In this document: positions 18,674-27,827 of the stretch, one piece after another | Layout of the letters: the number at the start of each line of letters is the position of its first letter | How positions within the stretch are numbered: position 1 is the stretch's first letter | Assembly (NCBI GenBank): GCA_964538815.1 | Contig: CAZIHL010000001.1 | Span: 1,070 to 65,069, forward strand | Direction: 5' to 3' | Length of the DNA stretch: 64,000 nt | Origin: an uncultured Candidatus Saccharibacteria bacterium | GTDB lineage: Bacteria > Patescibacteriota > Minisyncoccia > Phycocordibacterales > UBA5272 | Position numbers and translations under genes: made by a program | The notes under the pieces: generated by a model | Databases searched by the model: none | Told to the model about the DNA's origin: nothing | Seen by the model: only the letters and a program-made list of their open reading frames with translations

Positions 18674-20851
18674 TTAAGTATTTAATTTTGTTATCAATAA
18701 TAAATTATCATTTTCATTTTTTATATCTTTCCAGATCTCTTCTGTAATAAATGGCATAAAAGGATGAAGTGTGATTATTAAATCTCTCAACGTTTGTAAT
18801 AGTGTGGCTTGAGCAGAAATCTTTTCTTGGTTATTTATAATTCTATTTTTTAAATTTTCAATATGTTTATCACAAAATTCATGCCAAAAGTAAGCATATA
18901 TCTTTTCACTTGCAATATGTAGTCTATAATTTTTGATATCTTCCGTGATACTCTTAATATTTTCTCTTACTTCATTTAAGGTATTTTTATCTTCTTCAAA
19001 AGTAATATTTTCAATATAGTTTCCATTTCCTCCATAGTCAGAAGTTTTTTCAAGTACAAATCTTGTAGCATTCCAAATTTTATTTGCAAAATTTTTATAA
19101 GCTTTTATCTTGTCCTCTCCAAGTTTTAAATCATTTCCTGGTCCATTACCAACAATTTGTGCCATACGAAGTGCATCTGCGCCATATTTTTCTATTAAGT
19201 CTCTTGGGTCAAGTGCATTATTCAATGATTTACTCATTTTTCTTCCTTGTGTATCACGAACAAGTCCATGAAGATATGTAGTCTTAAAAGGGATTTCATT
19301 TAATGCATAAGTACTCATCATTATCATACGAGCAACCCAAAAGAAAATTATATCGTGCCCTGTCTCAAGAATATTTGTTGGATGATAAAGTTCTAAGTCG
19401 TTTGTTTTTTCTGGCCAGCCAAGAGTTGAAAATGTCCACATACCACTTGAAAACCAAGTATCGAGAGTATCTTCATCTTGTTTTAAGGTATTGTTTTCAT
19501 TAAAACCAATCGCTTTTATTTCTCCGACTTCGTTATACCAAACAGGTACTCTATGTCCATACCAAATTTGTCTACTAATGCACCAGTCACGTAAATTATT
19601 TACCCAGTGAAAATATACTTTAGAAAATCTTTCTGGAATTATTTCAAGACCTTTCTCTTCTACTGCTTCAAGCATTAATTTTTTAAGAGTAGTCTTTTTA
19701 CCAAAGTGTTCAAATTCTTTATTGACTCCAATAAACCACTGAAGCTTTGGAAGTGGCTCAATAATACCTCCAGTTCTCTCTGCGGTAGAAACATTTTGAG
19801 AAATTTCTTCTTCACTAATCATTAAATCATTTTCTTTCAAATAACTTACAATCATTTCTCTGGCTTCCAAAACTTTCTTACCATCAAACTCTGAATTTGT
19901 ATTTATGATTTTTGCATATTCGTTTATTATCTGCTTTTTTGGTAAGTCATGTCTCTCTGCTATTTCCCAGTCTATTTGAGAGTGGGCAGGGGTTACACCT
20001 AGTGCTCCAGTACCAAAATCTTTATCTACTTCTTTATCAGCAATAATTTTAATTTCAAGTGGAACGCCACAAAAGTTTATATTAAAAGTTTTATCTATAT
20101 ATTGTATATATCTTTCATCTCCAGGATTAACAGCGACAGCAGTATCACCAATTTTTGTTTCTGGTCTTGTAGTGGATATCGGTATAGGGAAGCCTTTTGA
20201 ATACTTAAAAGTATATAGCATTGCTTTTCTTTCTTCATGTACTATTTCATCATCTGAAATCACAGTTTGTCCTTTTGGATCCCAGTTTACTATTCTATGA
20301 CCTCTATAAATAAGTCCATCATCATACATTTTTTTAAACATTGTATTTACTGCAAGATTTCTTTTATCATCTAGTGTGAAAGCAAGACGAGACCAGTCAA
20401 GACTAGCTCCCATAGATTTAAATTGATTTAAAATAGTATTTTGTGATTCAAGAGCGAAGGTATTTATCCTATTTAGCATTTCTTCTCTACCGAGGTCATG
20501 TCTACTTTTTCCTTCTTTTTTTTGAATCTTTTTCTCTACCACTGACTGGGTAGCAATAGCTGCATGGTCTGTTCCTGGAAGCCAAAGAGTTCTGTATCCA
20601 TTCATTCTATAGTATCTGGTAATAGTATCTTGGATAGAAAGCATTAGAGAGTGTCCTGTATGAAGTGTGCCTGTTACATTTGGCGGGGGGAGAATTATAG
20701 AAAAAGTCTTTTCTTTTCCTTCACTATCTTTTAGTATGTTTTTTAGATTATCAGGATTAAAATATCCAGAATCTTCCCATTCTTTATATATATTATTTTC
20801 TACGCTTTCCGCACTGTAGGCGCTTAGGAATTTCTCCGGTACTTTTTTCAT
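18674..20851 (-). CDS. valS: Valyl-tRNA synthetase. At 725 aa it is short and appears to lack the usual C-terminal coiled-coil extension.
   Basis: HIGH region PPPNVTGTLHTGHSL, KMSKS region GRKMSKSLNN, and ValRS-type editing and anticodon-domain blocks. Confidence 0.8.
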   Translation of the reverse strand: MKKVPEKFLSAYSAESVENNIYKEWEDSGYFNPDNLKNILKDSEGKEKTFSIILPPPNVTGTLHTGHSLMLSIQDTITRYYRMNGYRTLWLPGTDHAAIATQSVVEKKIQKKEGKSRHDLGREEMLNRINTFALESQNTILNQFKSMGASLDWSRLAFTLDDKRNLAVNTMFKKMYDDGLIYRGHRIVNWDPKGQTVISDDEIVHEERKAMLYTFKYSKGFPIPISTTRPETKIGDTAVAVNPGDERYIQYIDKTFNINFCGVPLEIKIIADKEVDKDFGTGALGVTPAHSQIDWEIAERHDLPKKQIINEYAKIINTNSEFDGKKVLEAREMIVSYLKENDLMISEEEISQNVSTAERTGGIIEPLPKLQWFIGVNKEFEHFGKKTTLKKLMLEAVEEKGLEIIPERFSKVYFHWVNNLRDWCISRQIWYGHRVPVWYNEVGEIKAIGFNENNTLKQDEDTLDTWFSSGMWTFSTLGWPEKTNDLELYHPTNILETGHDIIFFWVARMIMMSTYALNEIPFKTTYLHGLVRDTQGRKMSKSLNNALDPRDLIEKYGADALRMAQIVGNGPGNDLKLGEDKIKAYKNFANKIWNATRFVLEKTSDYGGNGNYIENITFEEDKNTLNEVRENIKSITEDIKNYRLHIASEKIYAYFWHEFCDKHIENLKNRIINNQEKISAQATLLQTLRDLIITLHPFMPFITEEIWKDIKNENDNLLLITKLNT

Positions 20852-20921
20852 AGTTGTGTATAACTTTATAGCCTTATATTATCATATTTTCTTTTTGTGA
20901 TAAAATTCATAGATATTAAAA

Positions 20922-21494
20922 ATGTTTATGAAAAAGCAAGATAAGATTTTAAAGAAAGTTTCACCAATGTCAAAAAAACTGACAAAGGCTCTAAGTAAGA
21001 ATGCTTCTAAGAGTGTAGTCGAAAAAAAAGTTTCAGCTAAGAAAGGAATTAATGCAGCAGATAAGTATTATTTACCAGATCATCATTTTAAAAAAGTAAA
21101 AGTAAAGAAAGGTATAAATGGGCTTGGGCTTTTTGCGGGAGAAGATATTAAAAAAGGAGAACTTATAATAGAATATATTGGAAACATATTAACTGACGCG
21201 GAGACAGATAAAATTCCAGACAGTAGATATATCTTTTCAATTTCTAAAAATCATAATATAGATGGGACTCCAAGATGGAACATTGCAAGATATTGTAATC
21301 ATTCTTGTGATCCAAATTCTGAAAGTGATGTTAAAAAGAAAAGAGTATTTGTAAAAGCTATAAAAAATATAAAAGAAGGGGAAGAGATTTGTTATGATTA
21401 TGGAGAAGAATATTTTGTAGAATTTTTAAAAGGACATTGTATGTGTGGTGCCGAGAAACATCTTTATAGTGATGAACCAAAGAAAGAGAAATAA
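20922..21494 (+). CDS. SET-domain protein (putative lysine methyltransferase) with a lysine-rich N-terminal tail.
   Basis: GLGLFAGEDIKKGELIIEYIG (GxG), RYCNHSCDPN, EEICYDYG (ELxxDY-like), and a post-SET-like CMCGAEKH cluster. Confidence 0.75.
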   Translation: MFMKKQDKILKKVSPMSKKLTKALSKNASKSVVEKKVSAKKGINAADKYYLPDHHFKKVKVKKGINGLGLFAGEDIKKGELIIEYIGNILTDAETDKIPDSRYIFSISKNHNIDGTPRWNIARYCNHSCDPNSESDVKKKRVFVKAIKNIKEGEEICYDYGEEYFVEFLKGHCMCGAEKHLYSDEPKKEK

Positions 21495-21512
21495 TAAAAT
21501 AAATGTAAATTG

Positions 21513-21540
21513 CCCCGCGCCTTCGGCGCGAGATAATTTT
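21513..21540 (+). terminator. GC-rich hairpin after the SET gene; the T-run after it is weak.
   Basis: ccgcgcc ttc ggcgcgg-like stem at 21515-21530 in a region that is otherwise about 95 percent A/T. Confidence 0.45.
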
Positions 21541-21872
21541 TAAAAAGAATTTCCATTTTAAAATTTTTTATAAGATTAAAAAATATTTTTTATTTTATTC
21601 TTAAATTTATTTTTTAAAATTTTATTTTAAAAAATAAAAAATAACTTAAAAAATTTTTAAACGATTTGTAATTTTAAAATATATTTTTATTTTTATAAAA
21701 ACAAAAAATAATTTTAAAAAATTTTTTTAAGTTATCCACAAATTTTTTTTATAAAAGTATTGTGAAAATTTTTTTGTGATGAGATAATTATATTAGAGAG
21801 GCAAGATCAAAGGTCCAAGATCAAAAATTAAAAGCGCACTCTCAAGTATTCAATACTTTAAAAAATAAAATT

Positions 21873-21959
21873 ATGGTAGCAAAGAAAAAAGCTGCAAAAA
21901 AAGTTGCAAAGAAAAAAGTTGCTAAAAAAGCAACAAAAAAAGTTGCAAAGAAAAAAGTA
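21873..21959 (+). CDS. Tiny lysine-rich ORF of 28 aa (MVAKKKAAKKLQRKKLLKKQQKKLQRKK), built on a 15-nt tandem repeat. An overlapping frame encodes (KKVAKK)n.
   Basis: ATG at 21873, TAG at 21957. Tandem aaaaaagttgcaaag-like units. A TGaGATAAT extended -10 sits at about 21780-21788. Confidence 0.3.
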
Positions 21960-21993
21960 GCAAAAAGAAAATAATTGACATATTATTTTAACT

Positions 21994-22032
21994 AAAATCC
22001 TCTGCGTCTCCCACGACAGAGGATTTTAGTTT
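21994..22032 (+). terminator. Intrinsic terminator hairpin (11-bp stem, 12-nt loop) downstream of the K-rich micro-ORF.
   Basis: aaaatcctctg ... cagaggatttt followed by T-rich sequence. Confidence 0.55.
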
Positions 22033-22165
22033 GTAAAATAATATTATAAATAAAGGGTATTATCAATATAATATTATTTTATTTTAATTAAAATAATTGA
22101 GTTATAATATAATTGTGTAGGTAAAAATTTATTAAATTATTAATCTTTTAAATATTAAAGTATAT

Positions 22166-22549
22166 ATGAATATAAAAATAAAAGCTGTAGATATTGAATT
22201 AACAGAAGCAATAAGAAACTATTCTGAAAAGAAAATTGAAGAAGTGATGAAAAAATTTATTAATAAAGACAATATTGGTTCTGTATTAGTGGAATTTGAA
22301 ATCTCAAAAACTAATAAACATCATTTGAATGGAGATATGTATAAAGCTTCAATCCAAATTAAAGGTTTTCATAAAAATATTTTTATAGAAGAAGTCAGAG
22401 ATGATTTATATGTTGCTATAGATGGTTTAAAAGATAAATTAGGAGAAATGTTATCAAATACAAAGACAAAAAAAAGAAGTATTACTCACAAATTAGCAAT
22501 TCGTTTTAAAAATATTTTTAAAAAAGGAAATAATCTATATGAAAAATAA
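22166..22549 (+). CDS. hpf: Ribosome hibernation promoting factor (RaiA/HPF family, short form).
   Basis: MNIKIKAVDIELTEAIRNYSEKKIEEV...IQIKGFHKNIFIEEVRDDLYVAIDGLKDKLGEML follows the canonical HPF pattern. Confidence 0.75.
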   Translation: MNIKIKAVDIELTEAIRNYSEKKIEEVMKKFINKDNIGSVLVEFEISKTNKHHLNGDMYKASIQIKGFHKNIFIEEVRDDLYVAIDGLKDKLGEMLSNTKTKKRSITHKLAIRFKNIFKKGNNLYEK

Positions 22550-23177
22550 AATATTAATAATTTTATCTATAATAATAATTTTATTAGCAATATATTTACA
22601 AGTAAAATCTATAAATAAAGATAAAACAAATTTAAAATTTAACAACATAACTAATACACTCAATACAAATTCTAAAGATATGAATAATCAAGAAAGTAAA
22701 AATTATACAAAAGCAATTTTACACACAAATCTTGGAGATATATCATTTGAATTATCGAAAGATAAACCAAAAACAACTGAAAATTTTATAAATTTATCAG
22801 AAAATGGTTTTTATAATGGTGTAAAATTTCATAGAGTTATAAAAGATTTTATGATTCAAACAGGTGATCCGTTATCAAAAGATGATAATCAAAAAATGTA
22901 TTGGGGAACAGGTGGTCCAGGATATAAATTTGCTGATGAGTTAACAGGGTCTGAACAATATATTATAGGTACTGTAGCTATGGCAAATTCAGGGCCAGAC
23001 ACAAATGGTTCTCAATTTTTTATTATGACAAGTAATACTCCACTTCCACCAAGTTATACAGTTTTTGGAAAAGTTATAGTAGGACAAGATGTTGCAATGA
23101 AGATTCAAGAAGTAAAAACTGATACAAATGATAGGCCACTTAGTCCAATCACTATAAATTCTGTAGAATTACAATAA
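22539..23177 (+). CDS. Cyclophilin-type peptidyl-prolyl cis-trans isomerase with an N-terminal signal or anchor.
   Basis: FHRVIKDFMIQTGDP, MANSGPDTNGSQFFI, and an N-terminal hydrophobic segment. Confidence 0.85.
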   Translation: MKNKILIILSIIIILLAIYLQVKSINKDKTNLKFNNITNTLNTNSKDMNNQESKNYTKAILHTNLGDISFELSKDKPKTTENFINLSENGFYNGVKFHRVIKDFMIQTGDPLSKDDNQKMYWGTGGPGYKFADELTGSEQYIIGTVAMANSGPDTNGSQFFIMTSNTPLPPSYTVFGKVIVGQDVAMKIQEVKTDTNDRPLSPITINSVELQ

Positions 23178-23216
23178 ATATTTAAAAATTAAAAAGCTAT
23201 AAAATTTTATAGCTTT

Positions 23217-24107
23217 TTAATTTTTAATATATCCTAATAAAAAACTATTAAAATCTATTTCACTTTTTCCTTCAGGTATAACTTTTTCTATTATTTCTCT
23301 AGCAGTTTTATTTTTTACAAATTCTTTACTTAAATCTATTTTAGATATTTTTACTCGTATTTGTTTATTGTTATGATTTATAAAAAAGAATATTGGGATA
23401 TGTGGCAAAAACGCACGGAATTTATTTTGTACTTCTTTCGCCATATCCTCAAGTTTTATTTCTCCTTCTTTTTTATTAAATTTACGAGTAAAAGTAGCTT
23501 TGATGTGATCTTGTTCAATTGACTTAAGAGCGCCATCAATGTAGTGAGGAAGAATTTGTAAAACAAGTTCTCCACCAACTGCTCCACATTTTCTCTCAAG
23601 AGTTTCATTTGTATCTTCATTCAAAATATCTATTTCTTTTTGTATAAGTATTGGACCATGATCTACTTCTTTATCAAGCTTTATAATACTAATTGCTGTA
23701 CTAGTATCTCCATTTAAAAGAGCTGTCTGGATAGGTGAAGGTCCACGATATTTTGGTAATCTTGATGGATGAATATTTAGTGAGCCAAATTTTGGTAAAT
23801 TTAAAACCTCTTCTTTTAAAATTTTTGGATAACTTGCTACTATTGCGACGTCAAACTCGTCTTCAATAAGAGGCGAAGATTTTATATCTAAATTTTTCAA
23901 GCTTTCTGGTTGCCAATATTTTATATTTTTTGATTCACACCAAGAAGCAATTATGTTTCTATGTAGTTCCATTTTTCTACCACTTCTTTTGTCTGGTGAG
24001 GTTATAACTAAAGAGGGGATTAATTCATTTTGATAAAGTGTAAAAAGACTACTCTCGGCTAGTGGTCCCGTACCCCAAAAAATGTATTTTATATTTTTAT
24101 TTTGCAT
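23217..24107 (-). CDS. fmt: Methionyl-tRNA formyltransferase.
   Basis: IFWGTGPLAESSL N-terminus and the HPSRLPKYRGPSPIQTALLNGDT catalytic block. It overlaps def. Confidence 0.85.
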   Translation of the reverse strand: MQNKNIKYIFWGTGPLAESSLFTLYQNELIPSLVITSPDKRSGRKMELHRNIIASWCESKNIKYWQPESLKNLDIKSSPLIEDEFDVAIVASYPKILKEEVLNLPKFGSLNIHPSRLPKYRGPSPIQTALLNGDTSTAISIIKLDKEVDHGPILIQKEIDILNEDTNETLERKCGAVGGELVLQILPHYIDGALKSIEQDHIKATFTRKFNKKEGEIKLEDMAKEVQNKFRAFLPHIPIFFFINHNNKQIRVKISKIDLSKEFVKNKTAREIIEKVIPEGKSEIDFNSFLLGYIKN

Positions 24108-24648
24108 GTAAGTCTTCTGGATTTATCTCTTGAATATTTTCAGCGTGATCTATAAAAAGTATACCGTCTAGGTGATCACATTCATGTTGGAAGATGTGAG
24201 CGATAAGTCCACTTGCACCAAAAGTAAATTTTACCCCATTAAAGTCTTGTGCTTCTATTGTGGCATTTGTATGACGAAGCGTAGTCCCATAAAGAGGGCG
24301 TACAGATAAGCATCCTTCGTCTGCCTCTATCATTTTTTTACTAACTTTTATAATTTTTGGATTTATAAAAATAAGAGGTTTCCATTTTGCAGTTTCTCCT
24401 TTTATTTTATATGCATCTTCTTTTATTACAAAAATTCTTTTTCCTATACCAATTTGTGGAGCCGCAATAGCAACCCCGTCACTTTCTCTATCCATTGCAG
24501 TTTTCATATCATCAAGGGTTTTACGAAGTTCTAATGTCCCAAATTCTTCCTTCTTAACAGGTTCAACTTCTTGTCTTAAGATGTTGCTTTCGTCTATTTT
24601 TTGTTCTTTCTCTTCTTTCCTCCAGTCAATTTGTACTATTTTGACCAT
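24097..24648 (-). CDS. def: Peptide deformylase.
   Basis: GIAAPQIG, EGCLS and QHECDHLDG (HExxH) motifs. Confidence 0.85.
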   Translation of the reverse strand: MVKIVQIDWRKEEKEQKIDESNILRQEVEPVKKEEFGTLELRKTLDDMKTAMDRESDGVAIAAPQIGIGKRIFVIKEDAYKIKGETAKWKPLIFINPKIIKVSKKMIEADEGCLSVRPLYGTTLRHTNATIEAQDFNGVKFTFGASGLIAHIFQHECDHLDGILFIDHAENIQEINPEDLHAK

Positions 24649-24703
24649 ATATTTAAGCTTATTTTATAAGGGTATTTTAACATAACATTTTGTATTTAGT
24701 AAA

Positions 24704-26674
24704 CTAGTAGATATTCGGTGGATTTATCTCTAATTTAAAATCAGAGAGAAGTGCTGTGATTTTTTTTGCAAATTGAGATGGAATTATTTTTCCATCTTTT
24801 TCTTTTTGCCAAATTTCCTTTTTTATAATCATAGTTGCTATTTGATTATCAGTTTTTTTGTCTATTTTATATGTGATATTTTCCTTTTCCAATTTTTCTT
24901 CTTTAAAAATCTTATCTAATATTTTTTCTATCTCTCCTTTCATTTTAATTTCTTTTTTATCTAGTTTCCATTTTAAAATATTTGAGAATGGGGGAAGTGA
25001 AAGCATTTTGCGAGTTTTGATTTCTTCTTCTAAAAATCCTAAAATGTTTCCATCTTTTATATACTCCCATACACTTTGCTCTGGTAGGCGAGTTTGAACA
25101 ATTATTTTCTCTTTAGTATTTATTCTTTCTTTCATTTCTAAACAAATATTAAATATTTTTTCATCAATATTTATTTCTGGTATAGAAAAAAGTGAATCAA
25201 GGGAAATAATGGCTCCCAGATAGCACTCAAAATCTTTATTTAAAAAGTTTAAAGCCAAATCTGTTCCGATTAAAATACTAGCAGAGCTTTCTTTTTGCCA
25301 ATTTTCTAATATTTTATTTATATCTTTTTTAGTTTTGACATTACTGCTATCAAGTAGAAATGTTTTATATCCAACTTCTTTTAAATTCTTTTCTATACCT
25401 TCTACTCCAACCCCAAGAGTATTCATTCGCCAACTATCACAATTTTGACAAGTGAGATTTTCAGACTTTTTAAGTTCTATTTTGTTTTTGCAATTACTAC
25501 AAATGTAAATTCGTTCATTATTTTCTTTTTTAAAAAGTGTGTATGGTTTTTCACATTTTTCACATTTAAAAATAGTATTACAATCAGCGCAAATAGTCTC
25601 GGTATAAAGTCCTTTTCTTTTTGCATATAGAAATACTTTTCCATTATTTGATTTTATTTTTTCCAATTCTTCTATTAATTTATTAGAAAAATATACAGAG
25701 CTATATTTACTATTCTTTTCTTCCTTTATTTTTCTTATTCTATTTTCTATATCCTCTTTTTCTAGGATATCTTTTGTAAGAGAAATTATTTCAAAATTAT
25801 TTTTCTCATTTTTTCCTAAATAACTTACTTTTTCAAAAGTCTCAAGAGAAAGAATATTTCCACCTAAAATTAAATTTAGATTTAAATCATTTGCTAGTTT
25901 CTTAATAATTTCTCTTGCGTCAATCTGTTTCTTTTTTGTATGAGTAAAATAATTAAAAGAATTTTCTTTTTCTATTATCACACTTTCAAGATTTATTTTT
26001 TCTTTTAAAATAATAGGAAACAGGGAAGGAGTTGAAAGGATTAATAACTTTTCTCTTTCTTTTATTTTTTTTAAATTTTCATTTAATATTTTTTTTGTTT
26101 GTCCAGAATAAAGACTTAAAATATTTTGAGAGTCAAATGATTTTTCTATATATTTTTTAGTTATTTCTAAATCATTGATTGTAGGAAAAAATATAACAGA
26201 GGATTTATTTTCTTTTTCATTTGTTTTTATTTTTTCTAAATATTTTTTATGTCTTTCTTTAAAATTTTCTAAATATATTTCTTCAATATATTTTCTTTTG
26301 TTATTTTCTTTATTTTTTCTATATTTATCTAAAATCCCATTTTCTTTAAAAAGAAATTCAGGCAAATAATTTTCTAGTATCTCACTTTCTTTTACTCCAA
26401 GAAGTATTGCTGATTCTGAAACACTTTTAAAAACTTCCTCGTTTAAAAAATTATCAATAATAATATTTTCTATTTTTTTTATAATAAATTTTGAAGATTT
26501 TATATCTATTTTTTTTTCTTTTAATTCTTTTATGAATCTAACAATACCTAAAATTTTTCTATGTCTAATTTTTATTTCTACAAGTCCTCCTAGAGAAATT
26601 CTTTCACTATGAAAATATGTAAAATAGTTTTCTGGTAATCCTTTAGCTATGGGAATAATCTCTAAAATATACAT
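24704..26674 (-). CDS. priA: PriA-like primosomal protein N'. The N-terminal DNA-binding domain and the four-Cys-pair zinc region are kept, but helicase motifs I and II are degenerate.
   Basis: PriA-like N-terminus (IIPIAKGLPENYFTYF...GGLVEIKIRHRKILGIV). LILSTPSLFPI matches the PriA motif Ia/II region, with DEEH replaced by IEKEN. Zinc-ribbon cluster CADCN..CEKCEK..CSNCKN..CQNCDS. Conserved priA-def-fmt order. No GxGKT/S Walker A anywhere. Confidence 0.55.
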   Translation of the reverse strand: MYILEIIPIAKGLPENYFTYFHSERISLGGLVEIKIRHRKILGIVRFIKELKEKKIDIKSSKFIIKKIENIIIDNFLNEEVFKSVSESAILLGVKESEILENYLPEFLFKENGILDKYRKNKENNKRKYIEEIYLENFKERHKKYLEKIKTNEKENKSSVIFFPTINDLEITKKYIEKSFDSQNILSLYSGQTKKILNENLKKIKEREKLLILSTPSLFPIILKEKINLESVIIEKENSFNYFTHTKKKQIDAREIIKKLANDLNLNLILGGNILSLETFEKVSYLGKNEKNNFEIISLTKDILEKEDIENRIRKIKEEKNSKYSSVYFSNKLIEELEKIKSNNGKVFLYAKRKGLYTETICADCNTIFKCEKCEKPYTLFKKENNERIYICSNCKNKIELKKSENLTCQNCDSWRMNTLGVGVEGIEKNLKEVGYKTFLLDSSNVKTKKDINKILENWQKESSASILIGTDLALNFLNKDFECYLGAIISLDSLFSIPEINIDEKIFNICLEMKERINTKEKIIVQTRLPEQSVWEYIKDGNILGFLEEEIKTRKMLSLPPFSNILKWKLDKKEIKMKGEIEKILDKIFKEEKLEKENITYKIDKKTDNQIATMIIKKEIWQKEKDGKIIPSQFAKKITALLSDFKLEINPPNIY

Positions 26675-26789
26675 AAATTTATTATATCAAAATGATAAAT
26701 TATTATGAAAATTATTTTAACCTATATCTTTATTATTTTGTCAACTTGTTATTTATATGTTAAATTGTATAAAAAGTAATCTTTAAATT

Positions 26790-27803
26790 ATGTCATTTTT
26801 TATTAAAAAATTAGGAATAGATCTAGGTACTTCTAACACTTTAATATATGTTCCACAAAAAGGCATCATTTTAAATGAGCCTTCAGTAGTGGCTGTATCT
26901 AAAGATGATGGAAAAATATTAGCTATAGGAAATAAAGCTAAAGAAATGATAGGAAAAACCCCTGATGAAATAATAGCTTACAGCCCAATAAAAGATGGAA
27001 TAATAGCTAATTATAAAGTTACAGAAATAATGCTTAAATATTATATAAATAAAGCTTTACCTAAGTTAAATATATTTAAACCAGATGTTATGATTTCAGT
27101 ACCTAGCGGTATATCTAGCACAGAAAGAAGAAGTGTTATAGAAGTAGCTATAAAAGCTGGAGCAAAAAATGCTTATATAGTTAAAGAGCCTGTATTAGCG
27201 GCAATTGGGGCAGGTATACCAATACATGAAGCTAGTGGAAGAATAATAGTTGATATTGGAGGAGGGATGACAGATGTGGCTGTAATATCTTTAGGTGGTA
27301 TAGTTTGCTCAAAATCTGTAAAATTTGCAGGAGATAAAATGAATAAGTCTATTATAGATTATATGAAAAAAGCTCACCATCTAATAATAGGATATCAAAC
27401 AGCAGATGAGATGAAAATTGAAATAGGCTCAGCGTTACCCCTAGAAGAAGAAATAATAATGTCTGTTAAAGGCAGGGATACAAATACAGGATTACCAAAA
27501 ACTTTAGAAGTTAAAACAAATGAAATTACAAAAGCCATTGATAAAGAATTAAAACAGATTATTTTGGCTATTAAAAATGTGTTACAAGAAACCCCACCAG
27601 AACTCTCAAGAGATATAATAGATAATGGCATTATTTTAACAGGCGGTTCATCACTGCTTAGATATTTTCCAGAGCTTGTAGAAAGAAGAACTGGTGTGAA
27701 AACTTCACTTGCTAATGATCCTATCTTTTGTGTATCAAAAGGTACAGGTTTAGCATTAACTCATTTAGATGTGTATAAAAAGTCAATTTTGGCAAAAAAA
27801 TAA
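26790..27803 (+). CDS. mreB: MreB (actin-like rod-shape protein), copy 1.
   Basis: GIDLGTSNTLIYV phosphate-1 motif, DIGGGMTDVAV, and GGSSLL adenosine motif. Confidence 0.85.
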   Translation: MSFFIKKLGIDLGTSNTLIYVPQKGIILNEPSVVAVSKDDGKILAIGNKAKEMIGKTPDEIIAYSPIKDGIIANYKVTEIMLKYYINKALPKLNIFKPDVMISVPSGISSTERRSVIEVAIKAGAKNAYIVKEPVLAAIGAGIPIHEASGRIIVDIGGGMTDVAVISLGGIVCSKSVKFAGDKMNKSIIDYMKKAHHLIIGYQTADEMKIEIGSALPLEEEIIMSVKGRDTNTGLPKTLEVKTNEITKAIDKELKQIILAIKNVLQETPPELSRDIIDNGIILTGGSSLLRYFPELVERRTGVKTSLANDPIFCVSKGTGLALTHLDVYKKSILAKK

Positions 27804-27827
27804 AATGTATTTTATTTATTAATTTTT

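Noticed and set aside
21880-21965. Tandem short repeats (15-nt units) that could superficially suggest a CRISPR array or minisatellite.
   Set aside because: The units are contiguous with no spacers and are in-frame coding repeats (K-rich peptide). No cas genes anywhere. Not CRISPR.
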